NCBI GenBank assembly: GCA_000708835.1
Contig: DF237072.1
Location: forward strand, 1 to 64,000
Source: Klebsormidium nitens
Taxonomy: Eukaryota; Plantae; Klebsormidiophyceae
DNA length: 64,000 nt
Direction: 5' to 3'
Under the pieces are notes generated by a model that was not told where the DNA came from, ran no database searches, and saw nothing but the letters and a program-made list of their open reading frames with translations. This document shows positions 12,701-25,680 of this stretch, piece by piece. Both the position numbers and the translations under genes were made by a program. How positions within the stretch are numbered: the stretch's first letter is position 1; each line of letters begins with the position of its first letter.

Positions 12701-15700
12701 TCCACAAAAGTGCCCGGGGCATCGAACGGCTCGCACCGAATCTCCACCCGAGTGCTGATCTGCGTCAGGTACGTGATGCCCACGCCGTAGAAGAGGCCCG
12801 GGCCGAAGTCCGCCAGCTGCCAGCGGAATTCTGATGTGTTAGCGGAAGAGAAGCGAGGGAGAAAGGAAAGGAGTAAAGCACATTTTTCTAACCGAACAAT
12901 GGAAGCACGTGAGGCCCACGCCGTAGAAGAGGCCCGGGCCGAGGTCCGCCAGCTGCCAGCGGAATTCCGGTGCGTCAGATGATGGTAGCGGAAGAGACGG
13001 AAAGGCGGAAGAGAAAGTGCGAGGCACGTTCGGTAAGCCAAACAAGGTTGTAAGTAAGTGATGCCCACTTCCGTAGAAGAGGCCCGGGCTGAAGTCCGCC
13101 AGCTGCCAGCGGAAATCCGGTGCGTCAGAAGACGCGAGCGGAATAAAAGTGAAGGAGAAAGAGGAGTGAAGCCTATTTCTTGAGCCCAGAAAAATAGAGG
13201 GATGTGATGCCCATTNNNNNNNNNNNNNNNNNNNNNNNNNNNNNNNNNNNNNNNNNNNNNNNNNNNNNNNNNNNNNNNNNNNNNNNNNNNNNNNNNNNNN
13301 NNNNNNNNNNNNNNNNNNNNNNNNNNNNNNNNNNNNNNNNNNNNNNNNNNNNNNNNNNNNNNNNNNNNNNNNNNNNNNNNNNNNNNNNNNNNNNNNNNNN
13401 NNNNNNNNNNNNNNNNNNNNNNNNNNNNNNNNNNNNNNNNNNNNNNNNNNNNNNNNNNNNNNNNNNNNNNNNNNNNNNNNNNNNNNNNNNNNNNNNNNNN
13501 NNNNNNNNNGGAGGCATCCGGAGAACGTTGGCGCATAAGCATCTGAAAAGGTGGGGATAGCGGGAGGTTAGTGCCTCAGAAGTGAGAAGAATGACGGAAC
13601 GAAAGACGAGACGGCGAAGAAGGGCTCTGAAAAAGGACTTGGGGAGAACACAGGAAGGGAACACAGGTATGGCCCGGACAAGAACACTAGGCGCGTCAGA
13701 ACTAGAGGAGGGACTGAGAAGATTCTTGAAACAACGTGTTACAGATCTGTCGACAGCTCGCTCTATCGTGCAAAAACTCGCCGCTTCTTGTGCATTCAAG
13801 GACTTTCGCGCAGAAATGTATTGGCAGGAAACTGTGTGCTCTGATTAGCTTGAAAAAGTGCGGCGTCTGCTAGCCGTCTAGCTTTTCGGGTCAGAGAAAA
13901 GATTGCAAGTAGATCTGCTCTTCTGATCACTGTAACAGCTCACCTAGCTTTTTGGGTCACAGAACGCTTAGTGACTAACAGCTTCGTGGCTGTCCGTCTC
14001 TTTCCAACAACGATCCGTCCAATTTTCGAGGAATGGACAAACTCACCCATAAGCTCACGACCATGGCAACGATCATTCCCAGCAGAAGCAATCCGCGGAA
14101 GATGCGAAACAGCCGCCTCTCCCCGCGCCCGATCTCCTTCCTTCGCCGGGGGGGGCTTGCGCTCCTTACGTTTGCTCCCGAACTTACCCCTGACTCCGTG
14201 CGAGCCATGTCCGATTCCGGATCTCGCGTTTCACTCACTAGAGAGTTGATCTCGGTCAGTTGATCCCTATCCAGCCCGTTTATTGACTGTCTACGTGACC
14301 CACTGCGGTTATCAGCTAACCCGGCGCTAGCGGGCCGGGTTTCGGACGCTAACGAGAGCGTCCGGATGATCCCCGCCTCGACGTCCACGTTTTCGAGTGA
14401 TCTCGTCCGACGATTTCGGATCTCGCCTTCAAAGTGCCCCAGCGCAATAGATTCGTCCTTCGGTGCTGGCACTTCCGACGAGTAACCTCGTTCCAAACCC
14501 TCTTCTTCCAACCGACTTAGCCCGCTTCTTGACCCCCGGTTTGCTCCCTGAACCCCCGTCTCTTGGGGCTCGCCACTTACGTTTCCATTCCTCCTCTTCG
14601 ACTCCGACTCCTCCCCATTGCCATCCCTTAACCACCGACCAACCCGACCGCTAACCGGCTCACTAGACGGCGCCGACAAGTAGTTTACAATCTCAGTAAC
14701 CACGCCATCCACTTCGACCGTTGCTAGCGACGCTCTTCGACTTCTTTCCTCCCCTGCCGGCAAACTTTCGCCGACCCCCTCAGAAAGCTCAACGGTTCCC
14801 GGCTCCCCCAGATTGACCGCAACCATCTGCAGATCCGTTTCTTCCGCTCCACTGCCAGCTGGCGCCACGTCTGGGCCCCTTCCGTCCGCAATCCGCTTGG
14901 CTTCCGGCGGAATCCGTTTCCACGGCCTCCAAGTCCACCCTTTTTTCCGTTTCGCGGGTCGGTGTTCGAGCAACTCTGTATGGGAGTTCTCGGGAGAGCC
15001 GCTCGGGACCGTCGGATGCGGCCAAAAGGGCGAGTATCGACGGCCCAGAAACCACAAGTGCCACGCAATTTCAAAACTCCATGTGAGGTAGACTGACGCG
15101 AGGGAAAGGAACAACGAGAACGTCGCCAGCGGGTAACCGCTGCCGGTCCAGAAGAGGAAGCTGGCCGTCACAAACACCTGCGATGAGGAGTTACAGCTCA
15201 GGGATTCGACTCAACAGAAATCTAGAAGGGAAAGGAACTACAGAAAGCCAACTAGCGGGCAGTGAGCTAGACCAGGGAGCCCAGCAAGGGCTGCACTTGG
15301 AACAGAAAGCTGGCGGTCACAAAAAGCAGAATCTGTTAGCGGCAGTATTTCTCGTTCATTTGCAAAGATGGTCATCAGCTTAGGATCTGATGGTTCTTAA
15401 ATTTTTAACGCTCCCTGTCTTCATACATCCGACAATTGAGATGTCCTCAAAGTTGAACGAACACTATAAAGGAGGCTACTCTCCCTTCTGAGAGTAGAAT
15501 GTTCCCAAAGGCTACCACCATCACTCAAGGAGTACTTTGCAAACACGAGCGCAATCGCGGCTCGTCGACACTATGGCGACTCAGGAATTTCGGAGGTTGG
15601 AAGTTGGAAGTTGGTGTGCTTGGACTAACCTCGATCGTGTCTGCCCCCGAGGAGAAGAAGAACTCGCGAAAGCGCGCGTGCGTGTAGCCCTCTATGTGCG

Positions 15701-17600
15701 TGCTCAGCTCGTCCTCAATCATCAGCCACTTGATCGTCGTCCAAACCAGGAGCTTAACCCGCCAAGGCTTTACGCCCTGCCAAACGAACGTTTTGGAATT
15801 AGGCATGAAACGTGTTGGAAGATTCATTGAGGTTGTGAGTTAAACCCCTGCAAATCCCCTGAGGGCCGGGTTTTGCGGCCCAACGCAGAAGCCTAACCCG
15901 TTAAGGATTTACGCCCTGCCAAAGAAAGGGTTTGAGTCGTTTGAAAACGCGTATTTGACCCACGACGAATCCACCAAGGGTCAAAGGCTGTCGTCCAAAT
16001 AAGAAGCTTAACCCGCCAAGGCTTTACGCCCTGCCGAACGAGGGTTATGAGTTCAGCTCAAACCGCGGTGAGGCTTGGTTTTGATCCACGACGAACTCCC
16101 TGAGGGTCAAAGGCTGTGGTCCAAACCGGGAGCTTGAACCGCCAAAGCTTCACGCCCTCCAAACAAAGGCTTTGATTAAAAACATGAACTCACGAAAGTG
16201 AGCTTTCGAGTTCTGAAGAACACACTACAAGCGTACTGAGAGTCAAAGGCTGTGGTTCAGAGCAGACGCATAATCGGCATTGCAGAAAAGACTATCAGGG
16301 TTCCTACCGAGAAACCTTTAGTCAGCCAAGCGCTATAGTCCTAGAACACTTGACAGCTGTCTGTTCAATCTGCCGTGGAAAGGGGAACGTTAGGAGCACA
16401 TGACAAGACCACCTCTCAGATGCTGCGCGTCAGTCACACCAGCAGATTGCCTACTCGAAAGTATGCCACTCCTACTTTCGAGTAGTCCCCAATATGCTGA
16501 CGCCTCGAAAGCTCTTTTTGTTCTTATCATTAGACTTGTCCATGTCTCAGAATAAACGACGCATGCAAGTAAAACGACGGCCTCACCTGCTGCCTCATTT
16601 GCACCGCAAGGTTCTTCCGCAACTTCCCAAACACTAATCTTACAAACTGCTAAAGCTCCGCTTCACCGACTTTGATAGGCACCTGCAACCAACTCAACGA
16701 AATTGTTTCTCCAATGAAAAGCTACAGGGAACACTGGACGTAAGCGAGTGACGTCACGGCCTCACCTCCTGTCTCAGATACATCCCCAGGCGCACCAAAA
16801 GGTCCCCGATGTCCATCAGGCCCAGTAGCACACAAATCCATGACAGCGCCTGCAAGAGGTCTTCGTTTGTGTAGAGCTCCCCACTTATGTAAAGCGGATC
16901 GCCCGATTCCAGGGTTGCATCGGGAGCCATCGGAATATGAGATACTGGACTCGCCAATCTGTAACCCTTGCGACCAGCAACCGGTGAACGACGATTGACA
17001 CTAAGCTGAGCCAAAGAAAGAATCTAGATTAGAGAAATGTCGAGGACTTTTACCTGGTCTCGAAATGGTAAGACCCTGAGTACCGTTTCATTATGCAAAG
17101 CTACTACGAGAACCAACCATCTTCCCGGCAAAACTCCAGCTGTTCTTTAAACACAGCGGATTTTTCTTTTGGGGATCGCAATACATAGTTACGTCGTGAA
17201 AACATCAATCGAAGACGGGTTCGAGTAACAACGTCCGGAACGATTCCTATACAGATCTCAGTGTGGTGCTGAGAATATCTTCATGAAGGAAGCAATTGGA
17301 TGCTGGATATCAGAGATTCATAAGGCATTGAACCCTGTCCCTGTGACCTACCTGTAAGAGGTCCCCGCTTATGGTTGGAAACTCTGACGGGTCCGCGCCC
17401 GGGCTCTCCTCCACAAAGTTGATGCAGTCGAGCACCCGCGGCAAGTAGAGCGTCCCCAAGAACCATGCATTCGTGATTGTGTTTGCAAATGGGAGCACAC
17501 CAATGACGCCGATTGCCCATACTGCGGCGCTCGCGGTTTTGAAAGTGGAGAGCGGGTTTTGAGGTCGGAGTACCCGCCACGAGCCCATCGTCCCCGGCAC
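9758..17600 (-). CDS. Large multi-exon membrane protein of unknown function (N-terminal TM segments, disordered loop, TM, large sequon-rich C-terminal domain)
   Basis: Exons with canonical splice sites: 17352-17600, 16766-16966, 15630-15776, ~13980-15177, (gap 13216-13509), 12620-12830, 11816-11948, 11639-11706, ~10700-11090, 9758-10191. Most junctions are phase-compatible; those flanking the gap and the last one are uncertain. Hydrophobic stretches include WAIGVIGVLPF, LSWICVLLGLMDIG, FLFWTGSGYPLATFSLFLSLASVYL and GLLLLGMIVAMVVSLWVSLSI. Sequons NGS, NQS, NST, NFS, NAS, NAT and NRT follow the last TM. Confidence 0.6.
12911..13215 (-). repeat. Acceptor-side degenerate tandem copies of the exon starting FRWQLADFGPGLFYGVGIT
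   Basis: Copies of TTCCGCTGGCAGCTGGCGGAC...CCCGGGCCTCTTCTACGG at ~12911-12980 and ~13055-13130, plus a partial copy at 13200-13215 abutting the N gap. The functional exon starts at 12830. Confidence 0.9.
13216..13509. other. Assembly gap (N run)
   Basis: Run of N directly visible, next to a tandem echo array. Confidence 0.98.
15850..16270 (-). repeat. Acceptor-side degenerate tandem copies of the exon starting GVKPWRVKLLVW
   Basis: The + strand motif GTCCAAAC...GCTTAACCCGCCAAGGCTTTACGCCCTGCC of the exon edge at 15740-15782 recurs at ~15880-15925, ~15990-16040 and ~16120-16165. Confidence 0.9.
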
Positions 17601-17674
17601 CTGCGGCGAATACATTCTTTGTTGGCTTTTGCGGTGCCATGATTGTTCGTTTGTCTCGTAATCTGCTTGTTCAG

Positions 17675-17867
17675 CGTAAACTCTCAGCCGTTCATGCGCT
17701 GGAGAGATAGATTTCTTTTTATAGCAGAGGCTACCTTTAAAGCTCAGGCTGAAACTGGTGAAATCATAGGACATCACCTGAATGCTACTGCTGGTACCTC
17801 TGAAGAAATGCTAAAAAGAGCTCAATTTGCAAGAGAGCTAGGAGCGCCAATTGTAATGCACGATTAC
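17675..17867 (+). pseudogene. rbcL: rbcL fragment (nuclear plastid DNA insertion, NUPT)
   Basis: Translates [64 protein letters not shown], a clear internal RbcL segment. The conserved GEIKGHYL reads GEIIGHHL. Truncated at both ends. Confidence 0.95.
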
Positions 17868-20800
17868 TGATTCCTCAGTCGGTTGCTTGTCTATCAATTT
17901 GGTATTTTGATACGCTCCCGTGTTGGTTGCTCCTTTTCCAATTTCAGCTTGTCCTTGGCTCTCCTTTTTTGCTCTTTGTGGCCTCTGCCTCATGACTTCG
18001 TTTGTTTCTTTGACCAGCGCTTGGAAGTTCTCGAATATTGAACCTGGACTTGAATTTAGATAATCTGAATGAGAGGCGAATGGGGACTAGAGAAACACCC
18101 GTATGTGTTTTTTTCACAAATTTCCCGAATTGGAAGAGAAGCATGCTTCAGATGAAGTGGAGAGGTCGGAGCTTCAAAAATGGCGACCAGCCTTGTGTCT
18201 GTTGCGTCTTGGAGAAACCTTGCCTGACATCAACGCGTCAAGATACCAGACTTCCAGGCCACGAAACGGATGGAGTGTCTATTAAGAAGAGGGGCACTCT
18301 TTGAGCACGCAGTCAGTCCGAGACAATTTCTTGACCAATACTTCTAGCTTGCTTCACTCGACACTGGATGAAACCAGAGTAGAAACTACCTGACACTACA
18401 GGGCTCAGAACGTCTGTGCGTGAAGTAAGACGAGATCAGAAACCTCGATTCTGTCACCTCGCCACAAGACCAAGCGCAGCGGCAGTGACTCGTGAACCAC
18501 ACGGTAGAATTCAGACATTTCGAGTGCTTCGACAGAGTGGCAGAGCAAGCAAAGAACGAGCAGTGAGGTAGTGTAAGATCGGTCTGCGCCATACCTTTTC
18601 GTAGCAACTCCGTACTTAGCTTTCAAATGGATCGAAACGCCTCAATTGTAACATTGACCGCGTGTCCGTGGGGGACTTTCGGTTCCGTCTTTGTTGGTGG
18701 CCCCCAGGATCCCATTGCAATTGCTTGAAGGTGCAGAGCTGCAAGAAGCTCCCCGCGATTAGGAGCTTCCCCTTTCAACCTGGAGAACTGGAAGGTATAG
18801 TCAGAGAGCTGAGCCATAGCAGCCTAAACATATGTAGTTCGGATCTCCCTTACCAATTGTTGGAAAATGGTGAAGTGGTCGTTTCATGTATCCTTGTTTG
18901 GCGTCTAAGGAGGGGAGTAGACTGATGGCAGCTCACACTTGCCAACTGAATTTCACCGGAAAAGAGATGCCCTTTTAACTCGCATTTGCCAGAACCGTTC
19001 TTGCAATCAATGCTACCTACCACAGCAAACCGTTTTGCTAGTGTTCACTAGTGAAACAGAAAGGCCAACAAACTCTGAAGGCACTCGCGAGAGTTATTTC
19101 TCGCCTCATGAAACTCGAGATCAAAGAGGCGGGGGAAGCTAGAGCTTCCACTACAAACTGCAAAATGTGTTGTCAGGATGGATGTCACAGTCAGCAAAAG
19201 TGTATGTTAATGACAAGTTTCGTCCCGCAAGTTGGCCTCAGAGATCTTGAGTTTGCTAGTGTGCGTCGCACAGCTGGCGGCTCCTCACAGCCTTAAATGC
19301 AGGCTCTTTCCCCGGGAATCACCCAGGTTTAGATTCTAGCATTCAAAAGTAGAGAGCATGCAAGTCTTCCAAGCACGTTTTACATGCAATTTCCTAGTCT
19401 ATAACATCAGAGCTCAATACAGCTTCTAGAGAAAAGTGAATGGTGCCGGAAGCGTCAACCAAATGGTGCATCAATATTGCAGTTCCTGATTTAACATTGC
19501 TCAAATTGTCAAGCAAGAATGCATGCAGTTCCATGTTCCTGTCCCAATAATTTGTTAAGGCATCAGAGCATGTCAAGCTCTCTTGATGAAGAGCGAATTA
19601 TTACTGTGACCCTCCATATCAAAGCCCCTCAAGAGAATATTTGAAGTAAGTATCTTAATTTCGAGTTGCACAAACACCAGGACGGCTGAAACAAGCACCA
19701 TTCTAGGCTCGCTACTTTTTGCAAGAAGCAGTCAACGTGCTGGATACTGTCAGATCAGCTGGAAAATGCAGATTGACAAAGTGCACGATCAAGGACAGCC
19801 GCTTGCATACACTACCTAGATTGCCATGCACGATGCGAAATGTACCCTGTGTGACAACTCTGACATACAACTCAAAACAATTGCATTTCTCTTGCTGTGA
19901 ATTCCCAGCTCTGCTCTGTGTTATCGAAAGGGACCTGCAACATAAGCACGTCGCTCTAGCTTCTTCATTTGCTCTCACTTACGGCTGTTCTCTGACAGGA
20001 ACGTTCTTCTATGACAAGTATGAGAAATTGAAGCTCACACAAACAGATTCCAAGCACCACTTACTTGTCAGGAAAGCGGAAAGAGCACTGCATTGCTCAC
20101 CTGTTACAAAGAAAAACTCAGCCGCCCTGAGCTGCAAGTCTTTCTCCCCCGCTAAACAGCCAAATGTACCACTTCTCTTTGGACTTTAGCGTACACATTA
20201 TCATTTTTGTTAGCCCCAGAATACCGACCTGGGGAAAGCGCCACACGCTGGAGCTCGTTCAGGTTGCTGCCACATGTTGACCTCCTTGTGCAAGTCTTTA
20301 CGAAGAGGAGCCTTTCAAACTGCATGACGCAGAGGGAACCTAGCTGCAAAACCAGAATAGAACCAGAACCTGCTCTCTCCTCTAGTGACTACCTTGGACT
20401 CTTTTAGCTCTTGAACCTTCCTCCTTGGACAAGGAACACTGGAAGTCCTTCTCCTTGAGCCGTTTTGGGGTTTCTTCACAAAGATCTGCCGTTGGAAATG
20501 CTGATCGTCAACAGCTTTGCACTTTGCTTCGAACAAGGCATGACAATGAACACAAACGCGTGAGAGAATCACGATGGGGCAATGCCCAATGCAGAAACTG
20601 CTGGCTCCAATGATCATGCATGATGGCACTTGAATGACGTAGGTACACTTGACAATTGCTAAAATATGGCCACGTGGAGGTCAACAAATACTTTCCGACT
20701 CTCCGAGCACTTCCGAGCAGGCATAAAAATACCGAAGGGATCGTCGGCAGTTACACATGGCACAATCCACCGGAATGGAAGTTCCGGAATCCGGAACCTC

Positions 20801-21187
20801 GGGGCCGTCCGTTCAGAGATTGGAAATTATCGACCGTCAAGCTTTCCCCTTCTTCGCGCCAGATTTTCCTGGGCGCCTTTGAAGTTCTGCCACTTCATGC
20901 TCCAGCCTCAGGTTTCTGAGGCCCCTCATTTGCAAATCAGACTCCAGAGTCCTTGGGTTCACATTGCGTTCGTGTGACTTCAAGAACATCAAAACACAGC
21001 GGCAACCTGCAGAAGATTGTGGGAGAGCGCGCTGCAAAAATTCGGCAAAGGAGCAGCTTTAGCCTTAGGTAGCTTTTAGAAAAGTGGATTTGAGCTGTCA
21101 CTAGGCTGTTGACAGAAGAGAAGCTTACGTTGCAGCCCTGGCTACAGCCTTCAACTCCAAGAAACTTGGTAGCGGGGCTATGCAAGT

Positions 21188-24100
21188 ATGGACGACCTTA
21201 AGTTGAACGTGAATATCAACATAGCAGAACCTGATCAATCAGCAAGGAGCGGGGCTGGACATAACCCACCCGAGCAAGCGGATGATGGTACGATCAGAGA
21301 GGACGGTGACGCTGAGATGGGTGATGTCAGAGATGAGAAAGCGGCAAATGATGAAGTTGGAGAGGATTCAAGGGACGAGAAGTACGATGACATGGAGGAA
21401 ATCGAAACGTTAAAACAGAAAGGTATGGGGAGCAAAGATGGTGAAGTGGTGAACAATGAAACAGGGGCTCTTGAGGCGGAACCAGACTTTGAAGAGAAGG
21501 AGAAAGACTGGGACGCTGAAGATGAAGAAGTAGACGCTTATGCACATGATGAGGAAATTGAGGCAGACAATGTAGAAGAGGAGTGCAATGAAGAACGAGA
21601 AGCCAGCGACGGAGTCACTGAGGCCCAGACAGGAGCTCAAGAAGGCGATGAGACGACGGGTGAGAGGGAACAGGATGGGAACGCTGCTGGGACAGGGAAA
21701 GGTCAAGCGGAGGCTGCACAGAAGGCTGAGATCATGTTGCCGCTGGCACGAATAAAGGTAAGCTTCTCCAAATCCTGCAGCAAAGCAAGATTGCACCTAG
21801 AGCAGTTATTAGGTAAGTGGCTTTCTGACAGGTTACCAGCGCAAGACACTTGGACGCCTCAACCACTCTTTTTTAAGTAAGGTTAGGCAGTCTCGACAGC
21901 GTACAAACGTGAGACCAAGGAATTGCTGGACAAAGTGGGGCCTTCTTGGGCTTCGCTCAGTAATCTTGTCAAAGGAAACTCACACTGCAAGTTTAAGCAA
22001 CATGGATGTAGCCGGCAGCAGTCTGAGGAGGAACACATCATGCCCATTGTTCAACAAAGCCCCTCAAAGACCTATGCCACATCTTCGCAGAAAATACATG
22101 AGCCCAGGCCCACTAGTCCATTCCTCTTCCATCTTAGCAGACTTCCTCTGCCGCAATCAGCAGCAAGTCTGCTGTATTGCCAAAATTGCCCGTAGGGAGG
22201 TGTAGAAGTAGAATACAAATCAATGCTTGGAGCATTAAGGCCAGCAGGATCAGGACCGAAACTTTGTTTGCAATGCCATCTTCCTGTGGGGCTCCCCTTG
22301 AGCTAAAAGGCAGCGTCTGGCTTCGGAAACTTACAAACGTTAGAAGTCACAATGAGCTGATCATGTCTCTTTTCTGATTGCAGAGGATCGTAAAGTTGGA
22401 CCCCGACATTAAGCAGGTCTCCTCTGATGCCTTGAAGACGATTGCACTTGCGACGGTGAGGCGTTTTGAAAGCCCCTTGACACCCAGTGTTTGTTCCACT
22501 GGAAGATTGACACTGGTTTCTGGTTTTCAACACGGCAGTACAGAAGACACAACCTTCTACCAAGGTTGTAGGACATCCCTCAAGGTTTTGATAAAGGATC
22601 TCTTTCTCGCTAGCAGCTTGTTGTCGAAACACTCATGCTCAACGCAACCACTTGAAAGATAATGAGCAGACTGTGGGCCAGAACAGTCTGCGAGTCCAAA
22701 ATAACATTTGGCAGACCTTGGAATACTGAATCTTGTTCAGGGGAGTTGCGCTTGGCAAAGATGGGTCCTATCATACTTCTGGAAAGTGGCCAGTAAAAGC
22801 CTCAGTTTGGGGTGATACGGCGTCCAGTCCTGATGCTTGGAACCTGAGCCAGGTTTCACTAGGAACGGGTTCTTGAGGGGCTTACGAACCCTGATATCCG
22901 ACTGAGATAGCTGACAGGGAAGACAAGATCAGGTTACTTTAAAACGCATAAGGGTTTTCAAAAAGGGCAGGTGGGTTTGCAGAGCCAGCATGTGATCATT
23001 TCAACTCAGCTTCAAAGCACTATACAGCAACAAAAACATACCTCGAAATTTTTTGAACACCTGTCAAAGTCCTTTTAAGTTCTGCCAGGACTTTCTCGTA
23101 GCAAATGTTCGAATCAGCTGCAGAAATCACATATTCTACCCCTGCAGGAGCTGTTCTTGGGTTCGCTTGCGGAGTCAACAGCGCATGTGACGCGCGCTGG
23201 CAAGCGGTCGATGGTCAAAGTCGAGGACTTGCGTAAGCCACATTTCTCAGATTCTCGCTGCGAGCCTCCAAATTATGTTGGCGTTCGCGTATCTTTGATT
23301 TGACATCGTCGCCTTCGGCCAAGTGCCAAGGGGGTGATGACACGACGGATTCCGAGGTCTCTTGCTGACGATTTACCTGCTGATCCACAATTGTTGTTTC
23401 AAAGTCTGGTTTTGGCAGGGATTCCGCTCAGCTTCAAACGGCAGGATCGAGTTTCGACGACTGGTGTGCTGCTCCCGGATAAGAAGGTCTTCCGCGAGCT
23501 GCTAAGTATGACCTTTTCCGTCGAGCGCTGTGATTGTTGTGGTCTTTGATATGCTGGGTTTCCCACACATAGAGCTCTTCTTGGAACTTTTGCCTGCTTT
23601 CTTTTGCCAGAGTCTTCAGTGTGGAGCTCGTCCTGAGAGTGCGACAACCATGATATCTTTTCTTTCGTAACAACATCCATGCAAGAGATCCAAATCGAAC
23701 TGGGCGTACATACAAGAGTTGGGCGTTGCAACATATGGAAATCATAGGCACCTCAAACATCTAACAGAGTCGACCATGATTTTTTCGTCAAGTACGTCCA
23801 GTCAAGTCCGTCTACGTCGCCCGATATTTTGACATTGCTCCACTTCTCCAGCTTTCAAAGCCTGCCAGCCGTTGCTCAAGATACAAAGATGGCTGGGATC
23901 ACTGCCCAAACTGTGAAGCCGGCACATCATCTAGGTTTCGGTGTAACCAGTCTCCTTAGACTCCTGAGCCCTCAATTGCAGCAGTCTGATATGTAGGCCC
24001 CCGTTCTGCATGCACTAACTCTTAATCTCAAAATTTCTCCAGTGCAAACCATCAAAAGCCGGCGGCGATACAAGGAGTGTATGGGCACCGACTTAGAGTA

Positions 24101-24224
24101 CTTGAGACCCGTCGATGCAAATCAGGCTGCACGGCAGGAAGCAAGGCAAGCGAAGGCGAAAGAGAAGGCGGCCCGCGAGCTGCCTCCGGGAGTCAAGCCA
24201 ATCACGAACTTCTTCAAAAAGTGA
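21188..24224 (+). CDS. H2A-type histone-fold protein, DNA polymerase epsilon DPB3/POLE4 / CHRAC1 / NF-YC13-like, with acidic N-terminus
   Basis: Exons 21188-21757, 22384-22455, 23148-23232, 24043-24224 join in frame to LPLARIKRIVKLDPDIKQVSSDALKTIALATELFLGSLAESTAHVTRAGKRSMVKVEDLLQTIK...LPPGVKPITNFFKK*. This has the classic histone-fold LPLARIKRI..LD.DI motif. Confidence 0.88.
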
Positions 24225-25680
24225 AAAGCCAGTGGCTAATCAGTCGGACGTGTTGTTGGTAAACAATTCCTGCAGTGAAAGGCGTGCATAGCAATGGCGG
24301 ATTGTCGGCGAGTCAGTCTGATCTGTCATATGTGACATGCAGATCATCGTCATTCTTCTATGTCGCATGCAACTATGATATGGGCCGACGCTTTCGCATA
24401 TTACCAACTAATACAGAAGACCAGTCGTCTATACAAACTGATCGTTCTGGAGTCGGACCTTGAAGCCTTATCCCGACTGTCTACTCTAGTGAATACGTAC
24501 GTTGCTTTACAGCTGTTACTAGCGTATATGGGCCATAAGTTAGGTATAGGACCTTTAAGCATTTTGAGGGACTACTAGCCTGGCTACCGGTCACTAGCTA
24601 CTTGCCCGGCCAGTGCATCATGGCATGTGTAGGATCGAGTACGTACTATATAGCGACATGTCAGGCTGAGGCGGACTGGACTAAGGAAAACCGTCGGCCA
24701 TGCCACTGCCCAACGCCCGCCGCCAGCCACGCACTGATGTGCCATATATGATGATAAAGCTAAAGAAACCCCAATGGGCCACTCCGTTGGCAAGAATTCA
24801 GCTAGACTAAGTTCGCCGGGTCCGACCTTGCATTAGAGTGACAGTACTCATCTTTGATTCATGTCTGACAAAGCTTGGCACGTGTTGTGTATACGAAAGA
24901 CCCGATGAATTCCCAGGATCAATGAGTACTGGTTGAAAGAATCGGACGCGAGCGCTTATAATTAAGCGACTGCCATGAGGACCGCGTTCACTGAGAAGAG
25001 ATAGCAACTAGTTGCATGGCGAGAAAAGCCAGCGCTCCCCTTCCAAAATGCGTTACTGCGCAGCATATAGTAGGATGAAGAGTGACTCGGACCGTTCAAT
25101 AAGGGCCCAGGCCTTGCTCTGAGTAACGTGGTCAATGTGTCGGCTTCCGTTCTAAGCGGGTCGAGTCCGACGGGGGCGCCTCCGCCTGCGCCAACTCCAA
25201 GTTCTGTATCCTGACCGCCTCGTCCAGGCTCCTTTTCTTGGTTTGCAACTGCAACGGCAGACATGAAAGAAAAGCTCATTGAGGACCAGGACCCTTTACT
25301 GCAAGCTGCATTCAAAGGGGGTTTTATGTTTGTTCCGAGCTACGCCAGACTCCACCAACTTGGACACTACTTCGTGTAATCTTTACTTTCGACCACTTCA
25401 GCCTTTGTAGTGAGCGCCCGGCTTTCATCAACAGGGAACACGATAAAGTACACCGCAATAATTGGGAGAGTCGGCTCCCCGTGCCGTGACTTGAGGTATG
25501 CTGACTGGACTCGAAAAGCGCTCCGAACATGTTGACCGTTAGATTCGGGGGAAAAGATGCCCTCGTTTCTGCCTGACTGAGTGGCTGGAGCGATCAACAA
25601 TAGGCGAAGCGCGATAACTTTGGGAAATCTAACGTCGTTCAGATTTCTGAATAATCCAGATTTTGCAGCTGACTGAGCAA

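Noticed and set aside
17870-20640. Possible gene or TE upstream of the rbcL fragment
   Set aside because: Several exon-like pieces on the - strand, but no consistent chain or recognisable motif.
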